DNA of 54,597 nucleotides. Origin: a virus. Taxonomy: Duplodnaviria > Caudoviricetes. The DNA is taken from the IMG/VR virus record IMGVR_UViG_3300010376_000040, positions 1 to 54,597 of that record; one strand, given 5' to 3'. The notes beneath the pieces were generated by a model, which was given only the letters and a program-made list of their open reading frames with translations, was not told the origin of the DNA and searched no databases. This document shows positions 1-8,880 of this stretch, piece after piece. The translations under genes and the position numbers were made by a program. Numbering within the stretch: position 1 is the stretch's first letter; each line of letters begins with the position of its first letter.

Positions 1-192
1 CTGGAAGACGGCTCATTTGCCGTCTTCGCCCTTGATCTATCTGCTGAGAGCTTGCTTATTGTGCATGATGCTGATGAATTAGCTCTTGCAGTGGTAAGCA
101 GGGCGAATATGACTAAAAGGAAGACACCATCGAAAGAGGAGGTGAGAGATTTAGGACTTGGACAATTGGACCTGTCGGAATTAGGGCTATAA
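1..192 (+). CDS. Hypothetical protein, 5'-truncated; ends RKTPSKEEVRDLGLGQLDLSELGL*
   Basis: Frame 1 is open from base 1 to TAA at 190-192 (manual translation; not in the ORF track). Confidence 0.7.
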   Translation: MEDGSFAVFALDLSAESLLIVHDADELALAVVSRANMTKRKTPSKEEVRDLGLGQLDLSELGL

Positions 193-221
193 ATTATTTT
201 TGTAGCCAATGCATTCGGTTG

Positions 222-251
222 TTGACACACACCCATCGAATGCGGTAAAAT
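222..251 (+). promoter_or_regulatory. sigma70-type promoter TTGACA-N18-TAAAAT
   Basis: TTGACA at 222-227 and TAAAAT at 246-251, intergenic, upstream of the AAGGAGG RBS. Confidence 0.7.
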
Positions 252-285
252 GGTGTAACAGTTAATGAAGGAGGCGCGAAGCGCC

Positions 286-720
286 ATGAGCTACATAATC
301 ATCTTACACTATCAATTCCCGATCCGAGACCCTTTCAAAGCAGGGCATGTTTTGACAGAACTGGAGGCAGGTGTTCTTAATTGGCACCGGGCCGGTCTTA
401 TCCAGAAGACAACTCAAAGGTGGGTCACCGAGGCCATGAATGGAGGGGATGAACTCCTATCCACCGAGGCATTGGATGAGATAACTGCCCGCATCCAAGA
501 GTTCGATGAGAAATACGAATTGTCCGAGCGGAAGCCACCAAAGCCGTCAGCATTGGAGCACAATCTTCATCAGATCGCTGAGGGCCTGCTGCTTCTGCAA
601 GGAAACCTACAATACACAGAGGAGGATATAGAGCGGATTAAAAGGACCCCCGAAGTCCAAGCTAGAGCGAGGGATTTAATTCGTTCTAGCACTTTTACAA
701 TGGCTGACCTTTTATCTTAA
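286..720 (+). CDS. Hypothetical phage protein
   Basis: ORF track 265..720; ATG 286 follows the AAGGAGG SD. Confidence 0.7.
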   Translation: MSYIIILHYQFPIRDPFKAGHVLTELEAGVLNWHRAGLIQKTTQRWVTEAMNGGDELLSTEALDEITARIQEFDEKYELSERKPPKPSALEHNLHQIAEGLLLLQGNLQYTEEDIERIKRTPEVQARARDLIRSSTFTMADLLS

Positions 721-742
721 CCAAGCCACTATGGAGATAAGT

Positions 743-931
743 ATGGCTGGAACACCACAGGAAGAGACAGTCCCCGGTTCTGCCCCCGGTTCCGCTCCAA
801 TCCAGGAGCCTAATTCTCCCAATCCGGCGCAAGAGCCGGAAGCAGAGGAAGAGGAAGAGGAAGAGGAAGAGGAGGAAGAGGAGGGGGAGGAAGAGGAAGA
901 GGAAGAGGGTGAAGGCAGCTCTGCTGCCTAA
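743..931 (+). CDS. Small, extremely acidic (poly-Glu) protein
   Basis: GGAG SD before ATG 743; Pro-rich N-half and a long E-rich C-terminal run. Confidence 0.65.
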   Translation: MAGTPQEETVPGSAPGSAPIQEPNSPNPAQEPEAEEEEEEEEEEEEEGEEEEEEEGEGSSAA

Positions 932-940
932 AGTCGGCTC

Positions 941-1153
941 ATGAAGGTTGACATTACAAAGGAGGAGGCTTTAAGCCTCCTCCAACATGCAGCAATGGAA
1001 CCCGTGGGGCTTCTTGTGCATGCATCCGATCCCCAACTCTTCATACAAGCCCTGTATAGGGCAAAGAGAGAGGACCCAACCCTGGCAAACTTGCAGATAA
1101 GACAAACTCCAGAAGGGATTGCAATTTGCCATCCACCAAGTGAGGGATCATGA
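941..1153 (+). CDS. Hypothetical protein
   Basis: 70-aa ORF with ATGA overlap to the next gene. Confidence 0.65.
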   Translation: MKVDITKEEALSLLQHAAMEPVGLLVHASDPQLFIQALYRAKREDPTLANLQIRQTPEGIAICHPPSEGS

Positions 1154-1359
1154 CACGAAGATCAGTTGAAGAGACGAAAAGGTTTCATCTATTCCTCTAC
1201 AAAAGAGACCTGGAATACCTGGAGCGGCGGTTTGGAAGCGGGGCTTCCTCATCGAACAGGCTTGGTGTTGGGACCGCTTGTAGGGAGATTATTCATGCAC
1301 GGGTTAAGGCTCTCAGGGCAAAGGAGAATGAGAGGCTAAACCTGCTTGTCAATGAATAG
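1150..1359 (+). CDS. Small basic protein, possibly ribbon-helix-helix DNA-binding
   Basis: TKRFHLFL strand-like segment followed by two predicted helices; GAGG SD. Confidence 0.5.
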   Translation: MTRRSVEETKRFHLFLYKRDLEYLERRFGSGASSSNRLGVGTACREIIHARVKALRAKENERLNLLVNE

Positions 1360-1387
1360 ACTCGAAGCGACGAAGAGGAGTTAGAAG

Positions 1388-1693
1388 ATGCCTAATGAAC
1401 AAGAGACATATCCACCAGCGTCTAGGCTCTTGCCGACGAGTAATGCCCTCAAAGAGGCAGAACCCTCTTCAATGCAAGAGTTGTTCAGTCGAAATCCAGA
1501 ATATATGACCGATAGGAATATTGATGATATTGTGCTGCATATGCGAGATTTACGGGTAAGGTTGGAGGCGACAGCCACCGCCCCGCGACATACAAGGGTA
1601 AAAGATCCAAATGCTTCAGGAACAAGAGCAAGTCGAAGCAAGACTCCAAAGATAGCCCTGGATGGTATAGATTTTAGTGGCCTTGGTATTTAG
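1388..1693 (+). CDS. Hypothetical protein; ends KTPKIALDGIDFSGLGI*
   Basis: GAGGAG SD; 101-aa ORF. Confidence 0.7.
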   Translation: MPNEQETYPPASRLLPTSNALKEAEPSSMQELFSRNPEYMTDRNIDDIVLHMRDLRVRLEATATAPRHTRVKDPNASGTRASRSKTPKIALDGIDFSGLGI

Positions 1694-1770
1694 AAAGAAA
1701 GAGCGCGGCCTTGGTATTTAGAAAGAAAGAGCGCGGCCTTGGTATTTAGAAAGAAAGAGCGTGGTCTTGG
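1679..1770 (+). repeat. Tandem repeat, 28-bp unit GGCCTTGGTATTTAGAAAGAAAGAGCGC, about 3.3 copies
   Basis: Copies at 1679-1706, 1707-1734, 1735-1762 (1 mismatch) and a partial copy 1763-1770; no spacers. Confidence 0.95.
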
Positions 1771-1779
1771 GAGGGCTCT

Positions 1780-2733
1780 ATGGTCGGCTTAAATACTTCC
1801 TTCTCTCAAAGGCTACCAACCCTCCAAATCTATATTGATGCATCAAGCTTGTCTGAATTTAAGGTTTGTCCTAGGAAGTATTACTACTCTATGGTGCTTG
1901 GAAAGCAGCCAGTGGCTGAGAGTATTCATCTCACCTTTGGAACATTGTTGCATAAATCAGCTGAACTTTATCATATCAGCCGCTTCACAAAGAATGCCTC
2001 TCATGGAATGGCTCTGCGAGAGGTAGTAAAGTGGGCCATGCAAGCTACCTGGGATAAGGAACATAATAGGCCCTGGACATCAGGAGATAAATATAAGAAT
2101 AGATTTACCCTTATTCGGACCATTGTCTGGTATTTGGATAAGTACCAAGAAGATGAGCTAAGAACAGCTATCCTTGCAAATGGGCGGCCTGCAGTTGAAT
2201 TACCATTCACAATGGATAGTGGCTATACAGCATTCACAGGCGAAGATTTCGTGCTGTGTGGGAAGATCGATCGGATTGTCACCTTCAAATCTGATTACTA
2301 CGTCTCTGATATCAAGACAACTCAAAGCACTATCGGTGATTATTACTTCAAGAGGTATACACCGGATAATCAAGTGAGTGTGTATAACCTTGCTGGGAAT
2401 AAGGCATTTGGGATTGCTACTCAGGGTCTCATAATTGATGCTTGCCAGATCGCCATAGAGTTTAGCAAGTTTGAAAGAGGACTCATAGAACGAACTGAAC
2501 CCCAGATGGTTGAGTGGCAAGAGGATTTAGGCTATTGGCTTATGAATTTAAATACCTGCGCAGAAAGAGGTGTTTGGCCTAGAAATGATAATGCCTGTAA
2601 TATGTATGGTGGCTGTCCATTTAGACCTGTTTGTAGCCAGCCTAATCCAGCAGCGGCGCAAAAGGTAGTTGAAGGGGCTTATCGAGACAGGCTTTGGGAC
2701 CCACTCCAAAACAGGTATTCTTTTGCAGCATAG
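1780..2733 (+). CDS. PD-(D/E)XK (RecB/Cas4-like) exonuclease with probable 4Fe-4S cluster
   Basis: S-S-L..F..CPRKYYY, GTLLH, GKIDRI, DIKT, QVSVY and C-terminal C..YGGCPFRPVC. Confidence 0.85.
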   Translation: MVGLNTSFSQRLPTLQIYIDASSLSEFKVCPRKYYYSMVLGKQPVAESIHLTFGTLLHKSAELYHISRFTKNASHGMALREVVKWAMQATWDKEHNRPWTSGDKYKNRFTLIRTIVWYLDKYQEDELRTAILANGRPAVELPFTMDSGYTAFTGEDFVLCGKIDRIVTFKSDYYVSDIKTTQSTIGDYYFKRYTPDNQVSVYNLAGNKAFGIATQGLIIDACQIAIEFSKFERGLIERTEPQMVEWQEDLGYWLMNLNTCAERGVWPRNDNACNMYGGCPFRPVCSQPNPAAAQKVVEGAYRDRLWDPLQNRYSFAA

Positions 2734-2752
2734 TGCTGCTTAACCAGCAGGA

Positions 2753-3319
2753 ATGAGGGAGCCCAAGATGGAGAGTGAGAATAATCTGAGGCATTGGTCC
2801 GAGCTGATGAATACGGACCCGAAGCATACCAAGCCTTTCCAAAGGCCAGGTGGTTTCAAAGGAACTGCAATCAAACCCATCTGGAATGTGATGCGATTGA
2901 CCGAGCATTTTGGCCCGATGGGAATTGGCTGGGGAACAAGGAGGCCCGAGTTCAATGTTATCGACACTGGAGCCGGCGGCGAAATCTTGGTCTACTGCGT
3001 TCTTGAATGCTGGTATAAGGATGGCGACACAGGAGAAATTGGAACTCTTTATGGTATCGGCGGAGATAGAGCAGCAAGCAAGAGAAGCGGTGCAATGTTC
3101 GCTGATGATGAGGCATATAAGAAAGCCTATACAGACGCCCTCGCCAATGCGTTCCTACGTCTTGGTGTTTCTGCTGATGTGCATATGGGTCTGTTTGAGG
3201 ACATCAAATATCTTAGCCAGGTCCGTGAGCACTTCGACAACACCCGAGCCATTCAGGCCCAGATAACCCAGGCATCCAGCCCAATAACTGTAAAGGAGGT
3301 AAAAGACGCAGCGAACTAG
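2753..3319 (+). CDS. Rad52/Rad22-family ssDNA annealing protein
   Basis: RLTEHFGPMGIGWG and DEAYKKAYTDAL..AF.RLGV.ADV motifs; adjacent to the exonuclease. Confidence 0.75.
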   Translation: MREPKMESENNLRHWSELMNTDPKHTKPFQRPGGFKGTAIKPIWNVMRLTEHFGPMGIGWGTRRPEFNVIDTGAGGEILVYCVLECWYKDGDTGEIGTLYGIGGDRAASKRSGAMFADDEAYKKAYTDALANAFLRLGVSADVHMGLFEDIKYLSQVREHFDNTRAIQAQITQASSPITVKEVKDAAN

Positions 3320-3365
3320 CCCCTCATATCACCCTAAATCTCTGACCTACAAAGGAAAACAAGCT

Positions 3366-3836
3366 ATGGCAACAGATCCTTCATCCCTTCTTCGCCCTTC
3401 AGCCAAATCAACCCTTCCCCCGCCTGTGATCCCCGCAGACCTGTATCCTGGAGTCATAAAGAGCTACGAACTCGGACAAAGCAATAATGGCAACCCGCTT
3501 TTGCGGTTTCCAGTGGGTCTGCTTGATTGGCCTCCTACCGTCGATGACAGCGACAAAATACAAGATGATGGGCAAGGAGGGACCATCCCCATCGATCTGA
3601 GCCGGAAGCAGCTGCGAAAGGATTTCTTCCTGACTCCAGCCGCCTACTTCCGACTTGAGAACTTCCTAACAAGTATGGGGTTCGATATCGAGGTGGATGC
3701 TGATGGGAATAAGGACTTTGAAACGCCTGTCTCCCAATTGATTGGGAGGAAGGTGAATGTGGAGGTCCAGCGAATATTGAACCGACAAGGCGAGTTTATC
3801 AATGTAGTAGGGGAGTTGTTGCCCTACTCGGAATAA
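3366..3836 (+). CDS. DUF669-like putative ssDNA-binding protein
   Basis: IPADLYPGVIKSYELGQSNNGNP and LIGRKVNVEV pattern; position after the annealase; AAGGA SD. Confidence 0.55.
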   Translation: MATDPSSLLRPSAKSTLPPPVIPADLYPGVIKSYELGQSNNGNPLLRFPVGLLDWPPTVDDSDKIQDDGQGGTIPIDLSRKQLRKDFFLTPAAYFRLENFLTSMGFDIEVDADGNKDFETPVSQLIGRKVNVEVQRILNRQGEFINVVGELLPYSE

Positions 3837-3850
3837 CAAGGAATAAAGAG

Positions 3851-3880
3851 AGGGGGGCTTCGGTCCCCCCTTCCTTTTCT
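3851..3880 (+). terminator. Hairpin (AGGGGGGC-TTCG-GTCCCCCCT) with pyrimidine tail; possible intrinsic terminator
   Basis: GC stem with a cTTCGg loop just after the 3836 stop. Confidence 0.55.
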
Positions 3881-3905
3881 CTTGAAGAGGCTATTGGGGG
3901 TAAGT

Positions 3906-5492
3906 ATGCTTTCCGGCTCATTCCATAAATTGCCAATCGTTGAGATAACTGTCTTGCGAGAGGAGAGACAGAGAAGAAATGCTGATACAGAGGGCTTGCA
4001 GAAGAGCATCTCAACTGTGGGTCTAATCAATCCTATAGTGGTACGGATTGATGAACAAGGTCGGCATATCCTTGTTGCTGGTGAAAGAAGATTAAGTGCT
4101 TGCAAGGCTCTCAAATGGGAGGAAATCCCTGTGCAATTCGCACAGGACCTGACTCCAATCCAATCCAGTATAATTGAGTTGGAAGAGAATATTAAGAGAA
4201 AGGATTTGGTTTGGCAGGATTTGGTTAATGCAGTCACAAGCCTTCATAACCTTCACATGGAAGAAGACGATAAGTGGAACCAGTCAAAAACAGCAGAGGT
4301 GCTGGGTCTTACTGATGGTACTATCTCCGTATACTTGAAGGTAAGCCAGTTTATGGCGGATGAGCGTATATTAAAGTGTGCGACTGTCCGTCAAGCTTAC
4401 GAAGTAATTGATAGAAGAGAAACCAGGCGAAGAGAGGCGGCATTCGCTCAACTCCTCGAAGGCGATTACGATGAAGACGATCCCTCAACCTTCCCCAATC
4501 TTCGGATCGATGGAGAGGATTATGAGGAAGAGGAAGTCAACATTGATCTGCCTGCGCCTAGACCTCTAACAAGAGAAGAGATATTAACTGCCCAAGAGCA
4601 AGATCTAGTAAGCATGGGGATGGTCAAGGTCAATGGGATTTGGATGGCTGATCCCAATAACCGAGTTGAATTGAAGGGGATCACTCCGCTCCCAACTATT
4701 ATTGAGGGAAAGCCTCAGCGGAAGCCTAATATCGTAGGTGATCTGGCTGCTGACATCCAGCACACTTCTTTCCTTGAATGGGCACCAGCCTATTCCGGCT
4801 CCAGGTTTAACTTTGTGCATGTAGACTTCCCCTATGGAGTCACCGAGGTTGGTCCACAAATGAGGGGGAATGAACACACCATCTACGACGATAGCCCTGA
4901 TATCTATATGAACCTGCTTAATTGCTTCTGCGATAATCTGGATAGGTTCTTCTCTGTGAGCGGTTGGATTATGTTTTGGTATAGTGAAAGGCTGGGAAGG
5001 GAAACACGAGATGTCTTCAAATACAAGTGCCCTTCTTTGGAGGTACAGACTCATCCACTCATCTGGCTGCACTCGGACAACAGCGGTATCAGTCCTGAAT
5101 ACAAGTGGCGACCTCGTCATATCTACGACACAGCATTGCTTATGCACCGGGGAGACATGCCTCTTGTCAGACTCAAGTCAGATGCCCATGCAAGCCCTAG
5201 CAGCAGAGAAATCCATCCTTCAACTAAGCCAGAGGCTATGCTCAGATACTTCTTTGAAATGTTCATAGATGATCAGACCTCCCTCTTTGATCCAACATGC
5301 GGTGGGGGCTCGGCGCTTAGAGCTGCTGAAAGCTTAGGAGCGAGGCGAGTAATGGGCCTTGAACTCAATTGGGAATATTGCGAGGCAGCGCGTTTGGCTT
5401 TGAAGGATAGCCGAGCTAAGGTCTCTATTTTGAAAGGGCTGGATGGAATTGCAGGACTACCTGGAGGTCCAGAACTAAATAGTGATGGCTGA
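3906..5492 (+). CDS. ParB N-terminal domain-DNA (N6A/N4C) methyltransferase fusion
   Basis: GLINPIVV, LVAGERRLSA, ELEENIKRKDL (ParB); VDFPYG (motif IV-like), HPSTKP, FDPTCGGGS, GLEL (beta-class MTase order). ORF track start 3882; ATG 3906 has the better SD. Confidence 0.85.
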   Translation: MLSGSFHKLPIVEITVLREERQRRNADTEGLQKSISTVGLINPIVVRIDEQGRHILVAGERRLSACKALKWEEIPVQFAQDLTPIQSSIIELEENIKRKDLVWQDLVNAVTSLHNLHMEEDDKWNQSKTAEVLGLTDGTISVYLKVSQFMADERILKCATVRQAYEVIDRRETRRREAAFAQLLEGDYDEDDPSTFPNLRIDGEDYEEEEVNIDLPAPRPLTREEILTAQEQDLVSMGMVKVNGIWMADPNNRVELKGITPLPTIIEGKPQRKPNIVGDLAADIQHTSFLEWAPAYSGSRFNFVHVDFPYGVTEVGPQMRGNEHTIYDDSPDIYMNLLNCFCDNLDRFFSVSGWIMFWYSERLGRETRDVFKYKCPSLEVQTHPLIWLHSDNSGISPEYKWRPRHIYDTALLMHRGDMPLVRLKSDAHASPSSREIHPSTKPEAMLRYFFEMFIDDQTSLFDPTCGGGSALRAAESLGARRVMGLELNWEYCEAARLALKDSRAKVSILKGLDGIAGLPGGPELNSDG

Positions 5493-6687
5493 TAAAAGGG
5501 AAGATGCAATGTTTGGCTATAGTGGACCACCTGACCCAAAGATATTGATTGTAGGGGAGGCCTGGGGAGCAGATGAAGAAAAAACCAAGCTACCGTTTGT
5601 GGGAGTATCTGGTCAGGAACTATGGAGGATGTTGGGACAAGCTTTCTCCGATATCAGACCAGACCTCCATTCTTATGCCGCTGACCTGTGCGGGCCTCAG
5701 TGGGGCCTCGCTTGGATTAGCCGTCGAGATGATTGGCTGTGTGCTGCATCTATAGGCATGACCAATGTCCTCAATGAGAGACCACCAGGGAATAATTTGG
5801 AGGCGTTTTGTGGGACCAAGACCGAAGTGGGGAAAGACTACCCTTATAACGCTATGGTCCGATCCAAGTACCTCCTCCCGAAGCATATTCATCACCTTGA
5901 GAGACTCAAGGAGCAAATTAATGCGCTTAAACCTAACTTGGTCGTGGCTATGGGGAATGCTGCGTGTTGGGGTTTACTTAATACTACTGGGATTACTAGC
6001 ATTAGGGGCACTACTGTTCTTGCACCTAGTGGCGTTAAGGTTCTCCCCACATTCCACCCCGCTTCCCTTCTCTATGAGGGGCAGTGGTCTAACAGACCAG
6101 TAGTTATTGCCGACCTTATCAAGGCAAGTCGTGAAGCCCTCTTCCCAGAGATAAGAAGGCCACCAAGGCAGATAATAATAAGCCCGGAAGAAAACGAGGT
6201 GGAAGAATGGATAACTGAGACAATAGAGAACAAGCCTTGGCGACTTGGAGTTGATATAGAAACTTCTGGGGGGATGATTGACACAATTGGATTTGCGCGT
6301 TCTCCTTCTTCTGCTCTTGTTGTGCCTTTTGGGCCTCACCGCTACAAGCGTGGACAGAATTTTGTGGTTATTAGACCAATCAGAAAAGGAGTGCCCGTCA
6401 CAAGTTACTGGGAATTCGAGGAGGAATGTAGAGTTTGGGGTCTTATTAAGCACTTCTTGGAAGCCGGTATTGACCTCGTGTTCCAGAACGGAGTCTATGA
6501 TTTGCAATACCTCATTCGGATGCAGATAAAACCAAATAGATGCAGCGATGATACCATGCTTGCTTGGCATTCATTATTCCCTGAGATGAGGAAATCCCTT
6601 GGTTTTATTGCTTCTATTATGACAGATGAGTCCGCGTGGAAGGAACTCAATAAGCATAAAGCTGATACAGCAAGGAGGGAGAAGTGA
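5482..6687 (+). CDS. Uracil-DNA glycosylase-like domain plus partial 3'-5' exonuclease (N-terminal part of a split SPO1-type DNA polymerase)
   Basis: IVGEAWG...PFVG.SG, TNV...RPPGN, PTFHPA (UDG family 4-like); VDIET (ExoI), QNGVYD (ExoII), DDTML. Confidence 0.85.
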   Translation: MMADKREDAMFGYSGPPDPKILIVGEAWGADEEKTKLPFVGVSGQELWRMLGQAFSDIRPDLHSYAADLCGPQWGLAWISRRDDWLCAASIGMTNVLNERPPGNNLEAFCGTKTEVGKDYPYNAMVRSKYLLPKHIHHLERLKEQINALKPNLVVAMGNAACWGLLNTTGITSIRGTTVLAPSGVKVLPTFHPASLLYEGQWSNRPVVIADLIKASREALFPEIRRPPRQIIISPEENEVEEWITETIENKPWRLGVDIETSGGMIDTIGFARSPSSALVVPFGPHRYKRGQNFVVIRPIRKGVPVTSYWEFEEECRVWGLIKHFLEAGIDLVFQNGVYDLQYLIRMQIKPNRCSDDTMLAWHSLFPEMRKSLGFIASIMTDESAWKELNKHKADTARREK

Positions 6688-7049
6688 AGCCAACACCATG
6701 GATTGAGGCAGAAAAGCACAGGCTGCATGGAGATGCACAATTTGTCTCCTTTTATGGAGATAACTTTGGTGCCTTCATAATTCACAGGATCAATGGAAAT
6801 TTGAGGATACTTGTAAGCCCTGGGGAAAAGGGAAAGTATGCTTGGGAGCATGTCTCAGTAAGCTTAGAGAATAGATGCCCTACCTGGGATGAAATGGACA
6901 GGGTAAAAAGAATGTTCTGGCTTCCTGAGGAGACAGTTATACAGCTTCATGTCCCCGAGAGGGAGCATATAAATGTGCATCCTTTCACCCTCCATCTATG
7001 GAGACCAATTGGAGTCGAGATACCCCTACCACCACCTATAATGGTATAG
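6684..7049 (+). CDS. Conserved phage hypothetical protein (WEHVSVS...CPTWDEM family)
   Basis: WEHVSVS, RCPTWDEM..VK..FW, HINVHP.TLHLWRP motifs; GTGA overlap with the upstream gene. Confidence 0.7.
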   Translation: MKPTPWIEAEKHRLHGDAQFVSFYGDNFGAFIIHRINGNLRILVSPGEKGKYAWEHVSVSLENRCPTWDEMDRVKRMFWLPEETVIQLHVPEREHINVHPFTLHLWRPIGVEIPLPPPIMV

Positions 7050-7058
7050 GAGTCTCGT

Positions 7059-7427
7059 ATGATAATCCCACACTTCAAGCTGGTCGTGATTGAGAGCCCG
7101 TATAGAGGGGAGATAGAAAGGAACAAAGCCTATTTGAAGCTTTGCTTCCTGGACTCAATTATGAGAGGGGAAGCTCCGACTGCATCCCATAAGCTTTATA
7201 CAGATGTGCTGGATGATAACGACCCTGATGAGAGGAAGCTTGGGATTGAACTTGGCTTCGCCTGGCTCAAGGTTGCTGATCTAGTAGCCTTCTACACCGA
7301 CTTTGGTATGTCTGGTGGCATGTCTGAGTGCTTAAAGCTTATCAAGAACGCAACCTTCCGAGTGAAGTGGGAAGAGCGAAAGGTAGACAGAGATGCCCTC
7401 AATTCAATCTTCAAACTTGAACCTTAA
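7059..7427 (+). CDS. Nucleoside 2-deoxyribosyltransferase-like fold protein
   Basis: LVVIESPYRG, GEAP.ASH.LY, ER.LGI, D.GMS.GM motifs; AGGAG SD. Confidence 0.55.
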   Translation: MIIPHFKLVVIESPYRGEIERNKAYLKLCFLDSIMRGEAPTASHKLYTDVLDDNDPDERKLGIELGFAWLKVADLVAFYTDFGMSGGMSECLKLIKNATFRVKWEERKVDRDALNSIFKLEP

Positions 7428-8880
7428 AGAGCATAACGAGTTCGAGATCCATCAAATCTACTGTGGGATGGATAACCTTCTCACTAATGAAAGCTTGGCT
7501 GCGGAATATGAACTTTTTGATAGCAATACAAATCCCAGGCCTCAGGCCAAACACATCTACGACTTCGAGAGAGCTTTACAAGCTCCATATATGGATATCA
7601 TGCTCCGAGGGTTCGCTGTTGACGTGGAAGCCAGATGGAGAGCTTGCGAGGACTTGAAGGGTCGCATCGCTTTTATGCAAGCTAATATGGAGAGGATGGC
7701 TGAGGCAATTTGGGATGCACCTATCAATGCAAGGAGCAATAAGAACCTACGGGAGTTCTTCTTCGGCGCTATGAAGTTCCCAGAGATTATAACCTCCAAG
7801 AAGGGTGTTAAGAAAATAAGCCTGGATCGGAGTGCATTGGAGAAGCTTCATGACAACTACCTCTACGCTAGGCCGTTTGTCTCGCATATCCTCGCAATTC
7901 GGGACCTCTCTAAACAACTTGAAGTCATGGAGACTGAAGTCGATGCAGACTTCCGATTTAGAAGCAGCTATAACATTGCTGGAACAGAGAGTGGTAGACC
8001 TTCAAGCAGCGAAAGCTCGCTTGGAACAGGAGGTAATGCACAGAACATCGCCTCAGGCCTCCGACATGTCTTCATCGCAGACCCAGATCATAAGCTCTTC
8101 GTGATCGACTTCGAGCAAAGTGAGGCAAGAGATGTTGGCTTTATTATCGGCTGCTTGTTCGGTGATTGGTCATACCTTGATGCTTGCGAGTCTTTTGATC
8201 TCCATACCTCCAACGCAAAACTGGTCTGGCCAGAACTCCCTTGGACTGGTAATCCCGCCGAGGATAGAGCAATTGCCGGAGGAACCTTCTATCGAGACTT
8301 CACCTACCGTGACATGGCCAAGCGTGGAAGCCATCTAACTAACTACATGGGTACAGCTTATACAATGGGGAGGCATCTCAAAATACCACAACGCGATGCA
8401 ACTGAGTTCCAGAATAGATACTGCCGTGGCGACCACGCGGCATTCCCCTGTATCCCGCTCTATTGGCAATGGGCCGTTGAGCAGATACAGACCAATTATA
8501 AAATAGTCACTCCATTTGGTCGGGAGCGGCATTTCTTCGGGGACACTCATGACGATGCAACAGCAAGAGAAGCAATTGCCTTTATTCCCCAATCTTGCAC
8601 GAGTGATAGGACCAACTTGGGCCTCTGGCGTACTTGGAAATACATGCCAGAAGTCAGATTGCTTGCTCAAACATATGACTCGATCACCTTTGAACTACCA
8701 GATGATAATCACATTGAAGAGAGAGTTAGAGGAGTTATTGAATGCCTTCGAACCAGAATGGTAGACCCCAAGAGTGGCAGGGAGTTCGAGGTCCCTGTAG
8801 ATGTAAAGGCAGGATATAATTGGGGTTACGCTTCAAAGAGCAATCCCAAGGGTCTCTCTAAATTTGAGTTTTCTTTATAG
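7393..8880 (+). CDS. polA: Family A DNA polymerase (ExoIII motif plus polymerase domain)
   Basis: YCGMD (ExoIII), GTESGRPSS, NAQNI, motif A DFEQSEAR, DLH, motif B RDMAKRGSHLTNYMG, TPFGRER, motif C QTYDSI. Confidence 0.9.
   Translation: MPSIQSSNLNLKEHNEFEIHQIYCGMDNLLTNESLAAEYELFDSNTNPRPQAKHIYDFERALQAPYMDIMLRGFAVDVEARWRACEDLKGRIAFMQANMERMAEAIWDAPINARSNKNLREFFFGAMKFPEIITSKKGVKKISLDRSALEKLHDNYLYARPFVSHILAIRDLSKQLEVMETEVDADFRFRSSYNIAGTESGRPSSSESSLGTGGNAQNIASGLRHVFIADPDHKLFVIDFEQSEARDVGFIIGCLFGDWSYLDACESFDLHTSNAKLVWPELPWTGNPAEDRAIAGGTFYRDFTYRDMAKRGSHLTNYMGTAYTMGRHLKIPQRDATEFQNRYCRGDHAAFPCIPLYWQWAVEQIQTNYKIVTPFGRERHFFGDTHDDATAREAIAFIPQSCTSDRTNLGLWRTWKYMPEVRLLAQTYDSITFELPDDNHIEERVRGVIECLRTRMVDPKSGREFEVPVDVKAGYNWGYASKSNPKGLSKFEFSL

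Noticed and set aside
1679-2733. Mini-CRISPR array next to a Cas4-like gene
   Set aside because: The 28-bp units are contiguous with no spacers, and the nuclease sits in a standard exonuclease-annealase-SSB recombination module.
6684-7427. Intron or intein interrupting the polymerase
   Set aside because: The gap is fully occupied by two ordinary coupled genes; there is no homing endonuclease, no intein C/HN termini and no room for a ribozyme core.
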